Positions 9,601-18,272 are shown, numbered from the stretch's first letter. The stretch is 61,419 nt of DNA from Planctomycetota bacterium (GCA_044225365.1 JBGAIQ010000029.1:1-61419); one strand, 5' to 3'. A program made the numbers and translations. Notes: a model not told the origin generated them from the letters alone.

Positions 9601-10804
9601 CGCGGCGAACATTCTTATCCAGGGCAACTCGATCACTGCGGGACTCGTCACGGCAGATTTCGACCACGATGGAGACATCGACATCGCGCTTGCGACCTAC
9701 CAGTCCAACACCATCCTCGTCTTCGCGAATCCGCTCGTCCAAACGGGGACGGCGACCTTTGGCACGCCTACACTCAACTTGCCCACTTCGGGAACCGCGT
9801 CGTCACTCGTCGCCGGCGATGTCAACTCCGACGGACGGACCGATCTCATCGTGGGAATTCAGTCCGGTGCGTCGCTGATGGTCTTCCTGAACGCGGGACT
9901 TCAACCGGGAGTGCTTGCCTTCAATCCCACACCAAGCGTCAATGTCGGCCCGAATCCGCAACAGATCTCGCTCATCGATCTCGATGGCGATTCCACTCTC
10001 GATCTCGCATGCGGAAACTCGAATGGGACGGTGTCGGTGAGCTTCAACAGGGGCGGCGTCGGTCCGGGTTGGGCTGGCTTTGCGACCAGCGTGACGTTGA
10101 ACACGTCGTTGCCCGGAACTGTCACCGGGATCGAGGCTGCGGACCTCGACTCCGACGGCGATCGCGATCTCGCGTGCATCGTGTTGCCCCCCGTAACGCC
10201 GACGCCGCCGCCTCCCTCGCTCGTGGTGTTCACCAACAACGGGACCGGAACCTTCACCGCCGCGTCGCTCTGCACGAATCCGACGATCCCATCGGAACCT
10301 CGTGCCCTCGCGAGCGGCGACCTCGATGGCGATGGCGACATCGACCTCGTCGGCGGCGCGGGGAACGGTACGACGGTTCCGACGGTCACGGGGTTCATCG
10401 CGTGGAACGCGTCGCCGTCGTTCTACCCGTACGGCAATGGATGTCCGGGGAGCGGCAATATCGTCCCCGGTCTCGCAGGAGTCGGAACCCCGAAGCCCGG
10501 CCAGTCGTTCAGTGTGAAGGAGACCGGGGGCCCTCCGAACGCGACATCGATCTTGTTCTATTCGTCGCAGCCGGGGAATCTCGCATTGCCGGGGCCGGAC
10601 AATTGCCACCTTTTGGTCGGGACCGTTCCGCTCTTCCTGCTCTCATTGACGACCGATCCAAGCGGAGACTGGACGATTTCGATCGTCGCTCCACCTGGGA
10701 CGCCGGCTCTGAACCTGTATCTGCAGGCGTTCGATCTGGACAGCAACGCGCCGAACCACGTCTACTCCTCGACGAACGGACTCCGAATCTCGATCGGATG
10801 TTGA
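6677..10804 (+). CDS. Ser/Thr protein kinase fused to TM, TPR-like region, FG-GAP/VCBS beta-propeller and a C-terminal domain
   Basis: LGCGAGGVVY, VAIKVL, HRDVKPSN, DFGLA and APE motifs intact. Hydrophobic segment AAIGILLGLALAAVIGAAVAFFAW. Seven D(I/L/V/F)(D/N)xDGxxD repeats. Confidence 0.9.
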   Translation: MNPPTGEDGSLSDEEFLDDLFDLSVEKIENGESIDVDSLAAARPHLRQRIEQCIDTARRLHIRPDTRIAEVAGFEILSELGCGAGGVVYLARQPALDSRCVAIKVLRRSALPSIETRHRFVREARALARVRSDHVVSIHDVVDDPDVCAIVMDWIEGESLAAHLRGLTAPSNRADWLRRIGLLNRVGISIGRALDTVHHAGLVHRDVKPSNILVRVDGRVLLSDFGLARGKEDPRLTLTGQLMGTPAYAAPELLRGLHDRVGPWTDVYSLGAVLFEIAANRLPVTADSISDFARVIETGRIPRLRSIEPRLSKDIETIVSKALDPDPSRRYRDGGELADDLERVEASIPIQARPPGVVRRVQLLAKRRRSAAIGILLGLALAAVIGAAVAFFAWRARHEEAFVSAARELLLDPQYAESALHESYTADLYRRPRLPELALAERLRRALTLYDSAAIIDGLRPTGIDRERNVVAVALEIAVEGDFSRAPDRLRNCLTPAIRGVAEAWNSALKRFQVEDPRFQAMSVEDRHSAGLLAFVLGDSILAERMLGSIETVESPDPFANLALGLAQLARNEPHRAYPRLMLATERFPESQLVHAAAADAATRCGDVEWARRLLAHAQDLSGPDLGDRIPRVTADFAFVDGDTARASTLYEYVLTRHDDGIAYAHYGRLRFVLGELAPAADLLARAYFLRPDDPSVGALMANIGSRWWSSLDVTSKRAAIENSLFDQSREGRGPGATLAAAIESRARIRDSRNSRSTRRNDEFDLDSEILASVDSPPSSDDPGRPTDDRFALLEDFMRIDRFLLPRLRPAQARFVATWIERSDSSAVVRGLFSGDSFRRSLGRLTLAVGGLISLMVPEAAARIDFEIQPFPVSVFGVGTGTPRITIADIDQDGDLDLLGGNSVGASQIWAGINDGSGLFTFVTLLQGPLGTRYGSIAVADINNDGFLDIAASRIDPTPTSGFTVLYGSGTGAYSAANILIQGNSITAGLVTADFDHDGDIDIALATYQSNTILVFANPLVQTGTATFGTPTLNLPTSGTASSLVAGDVNSDGRTDLIVGIQSGASLMVFLNAGLQPGVLAFNPTPSVNVGPNPQQISLIDLDGDSTLDLACGNSNGTVSVSFNRGGVGPGWAGFATSVTLNTSLPGTVTGIEAADLDSDGDRDLACIVLPPVTPTPPPPSLVVFTNNGTGTFTAASLCTNPTIPSEPRALASGDLDGDGDIDLVGGAGNGTTVPTVTGFIAWNASPSFYPYGNGCPGSGNIVPGLAGVGTPKPGQSFSVKETGGPPNATSILFYSSQPGNLALPGPDNCHLLVGTVPLFLLSLTTDPSGDWTISIVAPPGTPALNLYLQAFDLDSNAPNHVYSSTNGLRISIGC

Positions 10805-11018
10805 GCGTCAGAAACCCGAGCCATGAATCGACGGCTCGAACTCTCATTCGCGAACTCGAGAACCGAGATCTGTGGGCGCCGGTCGACGACGAGCAACCGG
10901 CGCCGGATCTGAATGCCAAGGCCATGCGAGTCTCCGACGTGGCGGTGCCAGACTCACCGCACTCGCTGCGGGAGTACTGGACCCCACGCCGCCACTTCGA
11001 TCGCGTGTCGATTTCGCG

Positions 11019-11465
11019 CTACCCGCGCGGATCGAACCGCCGGCCCTCGCGTTGGATCCTCGCCGGATTCGAACTCACCGGCCCGATGCGCGCGGTCACC
11101 ATGTAGTCGCCGTCCTCGCGCAGCCATTCCTGGAGCTTCTCGATCGTGAACCAGAAGTGGTAACGCCCCCAGTTCTCCGGCTCCCCCATGCTGATTTCAC
11201 CCGACCACCGCATGACGAGGCCGTCCTTTCGGACGGCCTCGAAGATCACCGGCTCGTGGCGGATCCAGATCCAGTCATCGGCGCGCAGTTCGACGCAGAA
11301 GTCGAATTGCCTCACGTAGTCGCGATACCCCGACTCGGAATCGATGGTGAGCCGGAGGTGGACCACCTCGCCGATGCGCTTCTGCGAGGCCGCACACGCC
11401 ATGAGGCCGACGCCGAAGAGCGCCGCCCCGAGCATGCACTCGCGCCGGCCGATCCTTTGCCTCAC
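11019..11465 (-). CDS. Hypothetical lipoprotein
   Basis: Signal-like LGAALFGVGLMAC followed by globular sequence. Starts 7 nt after the VOC gene stop. Confidence 0.55.
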   Translation of the reverse strand: MRQRIGRRECMLGAALFGVGLMACAASQKRIGEVVHLRLTIDSESGYRDYVRQFDFCVELRADDWIWIRHEPVIFEAVRKDGLVMRWSGEISMGEPENWGRYHFWFTIEKLQEWLREDGDYMVTARIGPVSSNPARIQREGRRFDPRG

Positions 11466-11472
11466 GTCGCGA

Positions 11473-12012
11473 TCATCCGGGGTACGTCGTGCCGGCTTCG
11501 ACGAAGCACAGCGGGTTCTTCCACGGATCGACGGCGTAGAACGAGCGCTCGCCCCACGGACGGACGCAGATCTCGCCGGCCGGGGTACCGTGGATCTCGT
11601 CGAGGGCGAGGCACTGCAGAGCGACGGCGCGAGCGTGGATGGCGTCGAGGTCGCGCACCGTGAAGTACAGCGCCTTCGCGGCGGGTTGCGGCACCCTCAC
11701 CGAGGAGACGTCGACGACCTGCAAGGTGACGGGGCCTGCCGTGATGTAGCAGCGCGAGCCCGCCTGCCGGCGGCTCTCGGCGCCGAAGAGCTGACCGTAG
11801 AACTCGCCGGCGGCGGCGAGGTCGGCGACCTCCACGTTGATGCGGAACATCTGCGGGATGTCGGAGCCGGAGCCCGGCCCCTTCGACTTGGGCGCGACTC
11901 GCGGCGTCGCCGCCCTGGGACGCCGTGCGCCCCGTGAATCCTGGGATGATTTCGCCGCCTTGGCCGGTCGCTTCTTTCGCGCGCGGATCGGGGCTCGCTT
12001 CTTCTTCGCCAT
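11473..12012 (-). CDS. VOC/glyoxalase family protein with Lys/Arg-rich N-terminal tail
   Basis: GGAGG RBS then ATG 12012. VADL..AGEFY..LFG, LYFTVRDLDA and RPWGERSFYAVDPWKNPL motifs. Confidence 0.85.
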   Translation of the reverse strand: MAKKKRAPIRARKKRPAKAAKSSQDSRGARRPRAATPRVAPKSKGPGSGSDIPQMFRINVEVADLAAAGEFYGQLFGAESRRQAGSRCYITAGPVTLQVVDVSSVRVPQPAAKALYFTVRDLDAIHARAVALQCLALDEIHGTPAGEICVRPWGERSFYAVDPWKNPLCFVEAGTTYPG

Positions 12013-12026
12013 GGGGTCCTCCGTTC

Positions 12027-12338
12027 TCAATTTCCGTTCGGATCTTTGCTGAACCAGTCGAGCCAATCGCGCACCAGTTCGAGACGCTTGCGATCGATGC
12101 GGTAGATCCGCGAGCGGCCCTTCTGCTCGTGATGGATGAGCCCGGCCGCCTCGAGGACCTGGACGTGTCGCGTGGTGGTCGGCCACGCATGGTCGAACAT
12201 CGCCGCGATCGCGCCCGCCGTCATCGATCCACCCTCGAAGTTGAGCGTGTGCAGGATCCGCCGCCGCACCGGGTGCGCGAGCGCGGTGAAGATCACTTCG
12301 TAGGCGTCGAGCCGACTCTTCGAACGTGCTTTCGACAC
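12027..12338 (-). CDS. ArsR/SmtB family transcriptional regulator
   Basis: IFTALAHPVRRRIL, MTAGAIA, TTRHVQVLEAAGLI..EQKGRSRIY. Probable GTG start at 12338. Confidence 0.9.
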   Translation of the reverse strand: MSKARSKSRLDAYEVIFTALAHPVRRRILHTLNFEGGSMTAGAIAAMFDHAWPTTTRHVQVLEAAGLIHHEQKGRSRIYRIDRKRLELVRDWLDWFSKDPNGN

Positions 12339-12347
12339 GGGCGGTAA

Positions 12348-12367
12348 ATTTAGCGTATTCGCTAAAT
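12348..12367. promoter_or_regulatory. Probable ArsR operator (8-4-8 inverted repeat)
   Basis: ATTTAGCG-TATT-CGCTAAAT, a perfect AT-rich inverted repeat 9 nt upstream of the ArsR start. Confidence 0.7.
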
Positions 12368-12604
12368 GATCGCGAGAGGAAATCCGGAAGGGATCGGAAG
12401 CGGGTCGAATTCGGCCGCGCGCACGCGCGCGCATCGCAGCACCTGCGATGACGAGCAGATTTCCTTCGCACGCATCGTGTGCGAAGGACGACGTTTGCGT
12501 TCCGCGATCCGATTCGTTCTCGAATCTCCCGCGAAGGATCGTCACCGAGCGGCGCGCGCCGCGATGTCTCCCGCGAGTCCATCACTCGCAATGGGAGACC
12601 TCCA

Positions 12605-13879
12605 ATGCATCGACCGCTCGTCCATCTGGCTTCGACGCTCGCGCTGTTCGCCGCACTGGCGTGCCCGCTCGCGCACGGGCGATCCGAATTCCTGCTTTCG
12701 CTGCCCGATCTCGTCGCGGGCCACTCCGGCTGTTCCACGCTCGGGAGCGCGAACGGCGTGAGCCCTCGCAGCGGTCAGGTGGTGCCGTTCGACAACTTCG
12801 GAGGCAGCGGTACGACGGGCGCGAAGTTCTTCACGACGGACGGAACCGGCAACAAGGCCGATCTGCCGTTCGTCGACGGCGTGTTCACGATCGACGGCGT
12901 TTCGAAGATCGACTCGACGGGCGCCACGTTCGCCTTCCCGGCGACGAACGGCGCGTTCAATTGGGACGCATTGCGCGACGGCATCGCCGCGGTCGACGGC
13001 AACGACTACTTGATCCCGATCGAACTCTCGGATCAGCCCGGCATCGTTCGCGGCGGCCTCGGCGTGCCCGGCAACGCGGGCATCACGTTCGATCTGAAGA
13101 AGATCGTCGCGATCTACCCGGGCGGCGTGGCGCTGCGTGTCGAAGGCTTGCTCGGGATGACCGTCGCGGCCGTGTCGTCGAAGGTCTCGCTGCGCGTCCT
13201 CGTCGATGGCGTCGAGCGCGTCGCGACGACGTTCACGAAGCCGGGCGACTACCAGAAGCTCGTGCTACCGCTGCCCCCGAACGCTCACTTCCTCACGTTC
13301 GCCGCGGTGGACGCGCAAGGAACGACCGATCTCGACGGTGCGGTCGTCGCCGATCTGAAGCTCGCGATCGGCGGCGCGTTCGTCGACTGCAACGTGAACG
13401 CCGTCCCCGATCCCTGCGATCTCCTGCTCGGGACGAGCAAGGACTGCGACCTCGACGGCCGGCCCGACGACTGCGAATGGCGCGCCGAGCCGTACGGCTT
13501 CGGTCACCCCGGAACGCTCGGGTTCGTACCCAAGGCCACGATGTCGGGCTGCGTCCTCGCGAACGGCACGCTCTACTACGACCTCTCCGAGGGCTACGGC
13601 GGCGCGCTCGCGTTCGTCGTGGTGGGCACGCAGTCCGCCGACATTCCGACGGGATACGGGCCGCACCTGTGGATCGGCGACGCGACTCCGATCGTCGGGG
13701 TCTTCAAACTCGGCGGCGCGGGGCCGGGAAAAGGGGTCTACACGGTGCTCGGCGTGCAGCAGGGCGTGCTGCTCTCGAACCAATCGACGTACGTTCAGAC
13801 GTTCATCGCCGATCCCTTCGCCGCGCACGGGTTCTCATCGACCTGCGGCCTCGAGTTCAGGACGCTCGAGACGAACTGA
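12605..13879 (+). CDS. Secreted protein with NPCBM/NEW2-like domain, DCNxN(G)..D.C repeats and shared C-terminal domain
   Basis: GGGAGA RBS, ATG 12605 and signal peptide. GLGVPGNAGITFDL...VLVDG...FLTFAAVD region. DCNVNAVPDPCD..DCDLDGRPDDCE repeats. Confidence 0.7.
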   Translation: MHRPLVHLASTLALFAALACPLAHGRSEFLLSLPDLVAGHSGCSTLGSANGVSPRSGQVVPFDNFGGSGTTGAKFFTTDGTGNKADLPFVDGVFTIDGVSKIDSTGATFAFPATNGAFNWDALRDGIAAVDGNDYLIPIELSDQPGIVRGGLGVPGNAGITFDLKKIVAIYPGGVALRVEGLLGMTVAAVSSKVSLRVLVDGVERVATTFTKPGDYQKLVLPLPPNAHFLTFAAVDAQGTTDLDGAVVADLKLAIGGAFVDCNVNAVPDPCDLLLGTSKDCDLDGRPDDCEWRAEPYGFGHPGTLGFVPKATMSGCVLANGTLYYDLSEGYGGALAFVVVGTQSADIPTGYGPHLWIGDATPIVGVFKLGGAGPGKGVYTVLGVQQGVLLSNQSTYVQTFIADPFAAHGFSSTCGLEFRTLETN

Positions 13880-13890
13880 CGAGGCTGGAT

Positions 13891-14676
13891 TCAGGGAAAG
13901 ACGAGGCCGTGCAGCATCCGGCCCCACGCCGGGGCGACGAGACTCTTGATCAGGATGTCGAGGAGCACGAGCGCGAGACCGAGGATCAGGGCGCGACGAA
14001 CGACGACCGGCGCGACCGCAACGCCGAAGAACCGATGGAGCGCGAGCCCCGTGAGGGCGACCGCGACCGTGATGAACCCGACGACGCGGACGATCGCGTA
14101 GGGCGGCCAGCCGAGGAGCGCCGTCGCCACGGGATGCAGCGCGGTGCTCGCGAGCGAACCGACGTAGAAGTTCATGTAGTGGAGCAGTGCGGCGCCGAGC
14201 GCGAGGGCGAGGAATCCGACCGATGCGAACGACAGGACCGCGAAGGCGAGGAAGTGCCTCCCATGCTGCGGAATGAACCGTGAAGGATCGCTCTCCTCCC
14301 CCATTCCCGTCGCCACCCACGTGAACATCTCGCGGCGGTACTTCTCAGCGTTCCACACGACGTCGAGATATCGATCCCCTGTCGCTCGGAAGAGCACGAT
14401 CGAGACGAGGGAGCAGGAGAGCGCCCAGACGACGCTGCAGCTCACGGCGCGAAGCGGGCTCCCCGCGCGAACGAGTCGCAGAAACAACGGGAAGAACAAC
14501 AGGGCCGTGAGCAACGGCGGGGTGAGGTAACCGGCGACGTCGCCGAACGAGCTTCGCACGAACCGCGCGATCTCGAAGACGAGCGGCGTGATCGCACCGC
14601 GAATCGCGGCGGAGACGACGAGGGAGCGCATCGCTGGCAAGGACGGGGACGAGGCCGGAGAATTCGCGGCTTCCAT
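13891..14676 (-). CDS. Uncharacterised multi-pass membrane protein (possibly distantly SpoIIM-like)
   Basis: ATG 14676, 2 nt after the SDR stop. About 6-7 hydrophobic segments, with a polar YRREMFTWVATG..E.DP.RFIPQH loop. Confidence 0.7.
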   Translation of the reverse strand: MEAANSPASSPSLPAMRSLVVSAAIRGAITPLVFEIARFVRSSFGDVAGYLTPPLLTALLFFPLFLRLVRAGSPLRAVSCSVVWALSCSLVSIVLFRATGDRYLDVVWNAEKYRREMFTWVATGMGEESDPSRFIPQHGRHFLAFAVLSFASVGFLALALGAALLHYMNFYVGSLASTALHPVATALLGWPPYAIVRVVGFITVAVALTGLALHRFFGVAVAPVVVRRALILGLALVLLDILIKSLVAPAWGRMLHGLVFP

Positions 14677-14678
14677 CC

Positions 14679-15692
14679 TCAACGTTTCCCGACGAGGTCG
14701 TTGGCCTTCATCCAGTCGAAAGTCTTCTTCAGGACCTCGCGCCACGGCGTGTAGCTGTAGCCGAGATCGCGCTTCGCCTTCTCGCTCGAATAGGCCCAGT
14801 CGTGGCGCGCCGCGCACGCCTTTCCGCGCGAGAGGAGCGGATTCGCACCGAACAGCTTCCAGCGCAGCTCCTCCATCACGCCCGTGAGATCAGTGACGAA
14901 GAACGGCAACGAGATACGGGGCGGACGGCACCCGCCGAGCCGATGGTATTCGTCGAGGATCTCACGCACGCTCGGATTGTCGCCGCCGATGAGGTAGCGC
15001 TCGCCCGCTTTGCCCTTGTCGAGGGAGAGGAGGTGGCCCTTCACCACGTCGTCGACGAACACAAGGCACCACTTCTTCACTCCGCCACCCGGCAATCCGG
15101 GCAGACGTCCCTGCTCGAGGTCGAGCAACGTGCGCACGATGAGATTGCCCTCGGTCATGTCGCCCGGGCCCGTGATGAACCCGGGGAGGACCGACACGAT
15201 GTTCGCACCGCGCGCGACTTCCTCCGCCACCTTCGACTCCGCGACGAACTTGGTGCGTTCGTAGTCGGTGCAGTAGGTCGACTCGCGTCGATGCGTCTCG
15301 TCGGCGACTCGGTCCTTCGCCTTGTCGGTCGGACCGATCGCGAAGAACGACGAGGTGTACACGACCTTCTTCACGCCCGCCTCGCGCGCGAGCGCGAACG
15401 TGCTCGCGAGGGCGTCGACATTGACGCGATCGAAGATCGACCTGTCCTTCACCAACTCCTTCACCACGGCGGCGCCATGGAACAGGACATCGCACCCGAC
15501 GAGCGCTTTCCTCACGGAATCGGCTTCGACGACGTCGCCCCGCGCGATCTCGACGTTCGGAACCTCGAGGCCCGAGACATCCGAGGTCGCACGCGCGAGG
15601 ACGCGCACACGCTCCCCGCGGGCCGCGAGCGCGCGCACGAGGCTCTTGCCGAAGAACCCGGTGCCGCCGGTGACGAGGATGGTGTTGGGCAT
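14679..15692 (-). CDS. Extended SDR / NAD-dependent epimerase-dehydratase, farnesol-dehydrogenase (FLDH)/HpnA-like
   Basis: TGGTGFFG Rossmann motif, YTSSFFAIG.TD, CTDYERTK (YxxxK), GRLPG, VDDVV.GH, RHDWAYSSEKAKRDLGY. Confidence 0.85.
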   Translation of the reverse strand: MPNTILVTGGTGFFGKSLVRALAARGERVRVLARATSDVSGLEVPNVEIARGDVVEADSVRKALVGCDVLFHGAAVVKELVKDRSIFDRVNVDALASTFALAREAGVKKVVYTSSFFAIGPTDKAKDRVADETHRRESTYCTDYERTKFVAESKVAEEVARGANIVSVLPGFITGPGDMTEGNLIVRTLLDLEQGRLPGLPGGGVKKWCLVFVDDVVKGHLLSLDKGKAGERYLIGGDNPSVREILDEYHRLGGCRPPRISLPFFVTDLTGVMEELRWKLFGANPLLSRGKACAARHDWAYSSEKAKRDLGYSYTPWREVLKKTFDWMKANDLVGKR

Positions 15693-15693
15693 G

Positions 15694-15788
15694 GGTGGCG
15701 GGTGGCGGTTAGCGGGTGGCGGTTGGCGAGCGAGGATAGCGCGACGCGAGGGGTTCAGAGCAATCGCTAATCGCCAATCGCCAATCGC
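15694..15788. repeat. Two opposed heptamer tandem-repeat tracts (STRR-like)
   Basis: 5 x G(G/T)T(G/A)GCG at 15694-15728 and 4 x (C/T)AATCGC at 15761-15788. The two tracts are roughly reverse-complementary. Confidence 0.8.
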
Positions 15789-15798
15789 TCTTCGCGAC

Positions 15799-16821
15799 TC
15801 ACGTCATGTAGGCCGCCGCGAAGCCGACCTGCGCCACCATCATCATGCGGTACATGTGCGTCCACGACGGATGATTCTCGGTCTTCGCGAGCGACTCGGG
15901 GTCGCGCAGGATGAGGTAGACCGTGTACATCCCGTACAGCGTGAGGAAGATGCCGAGCCCGGTGAGCACCATCGGATTGCCCGAGAGCAGTGAGGTGCCG
16001 TCGTGGCGCTTGAAGACGTGCGCACCGAGCGGGAGCAGGACCCAGGGCACGATGAAGAACGGGCTGATCTGATAGGCCGCCGACTTCACGCCGTAGCGGA
16101 TGGGAAGGGTGATGCAGCCCGCGGCCTCGTCGCCCTTCATGTCGGCGAAGTCCTTCGTCGCCGCGGCGCCGAGGAGGAAGGTGAAGAACACGAGCCCGAT
16201 GTACCACGGCTCGAGATCCGCGAAGACGCCGGCGACGCACGACCAGCCGCAGACCTTCAGCAGCATCCCGCGCGGAACCGCGATCGTGAACTGCGCGGCC
16301 CAGCCCCAGCGCTTCGTGCGATACGGCGGCGCCGAATAGACGTACGTGATGATCGCGGCGACGAGCACGATCCAGAAGCACTCGTGATTCACGAGCGAAT
16401 CGCCAGGCAGAGGCTTCACGAACCACGCCGCGGTGAGCGACAGCGCGTACAGGATCCAGTAGAGGATGCGGGTCTCACGCTCCGTGACTTCGCCCGCGGG
16501 CAACGGCCGCTTCGGCTTGTTGATCTTGTCGTTCTCGAGGTCGTAGAGCTGATTGAGGATGTTGCTCGCGGCGTTGAGGTTCGCGGCCATGAGCGCGCCC
16601 ATCAGGATGTAGAGCCCGATGGTAGCCATCCGCCCCTCGCCGCCGAGGTACTGGAAGAAGCTCTCGTGCGAGTGATGCGCGAGCGCGCCGATGCCGGTGA
16701 TCGCGCCCGAGATCATGCCGAGCAGCGGCGGAAGCAGCGTGAACGGGCGGGCGAAGCGCCAGTAGACCTCGAGTTTTCCGAGCGGGCCGCGCGGAGGCGC
16801 TTTCATCGTCGTTGCTTGCAT
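15799..16821 (-). CDS. UbiA-family prenyltransferase (ChlG/HPT/DGGGP-synthase-like clade)
   Basis: RPFTL, NQLYDLENDKINKPKRPLPAG, YSAPPYRTKR, TKDFADMKGD..GCITLPIRYG. Multiple TM helices. Confidence 0.9.
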   Translation of the reverse strand: MQATTMKAPPRGPLGKLEVYWRFARPFTLLPPLLGMISGAITGIGALAHHSHESFFQYLGGEGRMATIGLYILMGALMAANLNAASNILNQLYDLENDKINKPKRPLPAGEVTERETRILYWILYALSLTAAWFVKPLPGDSLVNHECFWIVLVAAIITYVYSAPPYRTKRWGWAAQFTIAVPRGMLLKVCGWSCVAGVFADLEPWYIGLVFFTFLLGAAATKDFADMKGDEAAGCITLPIRYGVKSAAYQISPFFIVPWVLLPLGAHVFKRHDGTSLLSGNPMVLTGLGIFLTLYGMYTVYLILRDPESLAKTENHPSWTHMYRMMMVAQVGFAAAYMT

Positions 16822-16846
16822 GAGTCTTCTTGTCTCGTAGAGAGTT

Positions 16847-17587
16847 TCACGTGAGTACGGCGTAGAGCGCGGCCGCTGCCGCGCCGCCGATCACGGTGTT
16901 CGCGAAGTTGACCACTTCGTTGTCGATGTGCTTCAAGCCCTCGAGCGTCGCGCCGATGTAGGACTCGGCCGTGGTGCCGATGAACGCGCCGAGCACGACG
17001 GCGAGGAACCCACCCACTCCGAACGCGCCGCGCATGAGCCAGAATCCGAACGCCGCGAGGATCGCCGAGGCGACGATGCCGGCGACCGTTCCCTCGACCG
17101 ATACCGCGCCGTCGGTGCCGACCGGCACGCGCTTGAACGTGGTGATGAGGAACGGCGTCTTGCCGTAGAGCTGGCCGATCTCGGAGCCCGTCGTGTCGGC
17201 GAGCGCGGTCGCGAACGCGCCGAGATAGGCGACGAGGAGGTAGGGCGTCGCGGGATGGCCCGCGGGAAGCAGGACGAGCGTGATCGCGATGAGGAGGCCC
17301 GTGCCGCAATTGGCCGCCGCGTGCTTCGCGCCGCGCCGCCCGCCCGCTTCCTGCGCCACGCCGATCGACGCCTTGCGCCGATAGCCGAGCTTCGACACCG
17401 CGCTGCCGAGGACGAAGAACGTGAACAGGACGAGGTATCCCGGCCACGAGACGCCGTAGAAGATCGCGGTGCCGACGACGAGTCCCGCGACGACGCCCGA
17501 ACGTCCGACCGCGCCCGCGAAGTACGCGGCGGCGGCGACGACGGCGTTCAGCACGAGTCCCTTCAGCAGATGCTCGACATCGATCAC
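16847..17587 (-). CDS. DUF92 / TMEM19 / VTE6-like membrane protein
   Basis: FFVLGSAVSK.G..RK..G.A..GGRR..A.ANC, ADTTGSEIG, LITTFKRVPVGTDGAVSVEGT, ESYIGA, NEVVNFANT. Confidence 0.92.
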   Translation of the reverse strand: MIDVEHLLKGLVLNAVVAAAAYFAGAVGRSGVVAGLVVGTAIFYGVSWPGYLVLFTFFVLGSAVSKLGYRRKASIGVAQEAGGRRGAKHAAANCGTGLLIAITLVLLPAGHPATPYLLVAYLGAFATALADTTGSEIGQLYGKTPFLITTFKRVPVGTDGAVSVEGTVAGIVASAILAAFGFWLMRGAFGVGGFLAVVLGAFIGTTAESYIGATLEGLKHIDNEVVNFANTVIGGAAAAALYAVLT

Positions 17588-17637
17588 GCGGGCTCCTCTT
17601 CGACTTCAACCTTGCGGGTAATTCCGGGGACCGTTCG

Positions 17638-18267
17638 TCACGCCAGCAATGCGAAGGCGGTCGCCGTCATCGACGCGCCGGCGCTGAACGTGACCGTGAG
17701 ATTATCGTCCAGATCGACGGGCAAACTCTCGACGAGTGCCGCGACCGCCGCGCCGACGAGTCCTGTGATCAAGAGCGCCGGGATCGCGAGCGGCGCTGCG
17801 AGCCCACTGCCGACGTGGCGCTCGAGCAACGACTGGTTCGGCGCGAAGTGCTGCGTGTAGGCGAGGAATGCCAGCGCCGCGGGCGCCGCCGTGACGAAGA
17901 AGCCGAGCGTGCCGGCCCACGACTTCTTGCGGTTCCACGGCAACTTCACCGTCCCGAAGGCTCGCCCACAGATGTTCGAGAAGGCGTCGCCCACCGCGAG
18001 GATCGCCCACGACGCGAGTGCGAGGTGGAGTGGCAACAGGATCAGCGCGACGAGGACGGCGACGGGATAGAAGCGGATCCCGTTCAGGAACTTCTCGCCC
18101 TCGCGCATGAGTTCCTTGTCGCGGCCGGTGAGCGGCATGATCACCCAGTTGGTGAACACGGCGAATCCGGCGAGAGCGACCGCCCACTTCGGGCCGAGGA
18201 ACGGCACCGGAATGGCGAATGCACCCACGGACAGATGGATGAGTTGACGGCGGGTCTCGGGACTCAT
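17638..18267 (-). CDS. SEC59/DGK1/VTE5-family CTP-dependent polyprenol (phytol/farnesol/dolichol) kinase
   Basis: ATG 18267. ETRRQLIH, GDAFS..GR.FG..LPWNRKKSWAGT, ES...DDNLTV. Confidence 0.88.
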   Translation of the reverse strand: MSPETRRQLIHLSVGAFAIPVPFLGPKWAVALAGFAVFTNWVIMPLTGRDKELMREGEKFLNGIRFYPVAVLVALILLPLHLALASWAILAVGDAFSNICGRAFGTVKLPWNRKKSWAGTLGFFVTAAPAALAFLAYTQHFAPNQSLLERHVGSGLAAPLAIPALLITGLVGAAVAALVESLPVDLDDNLTVTFSAGASMTATAFALLA

Positions 18268-18272
18268 GGGCG

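Noticed and set aside
10798-11106. Small plus-strand ORF coupled to the kinase stop
   Set aside because: No motifs, and it overlaps the better-supported minus-strand lipoprotein gene by 88 nt.
15799-16821. Archaeal-type ether lipid or chlorophyll/tocopherol synthesis
   Set aside because: No GGGP synthase, G1P dehydrogenase, bch/chl or tocopherol cyclase gene in the window, so the acceptor cannot be assigned.
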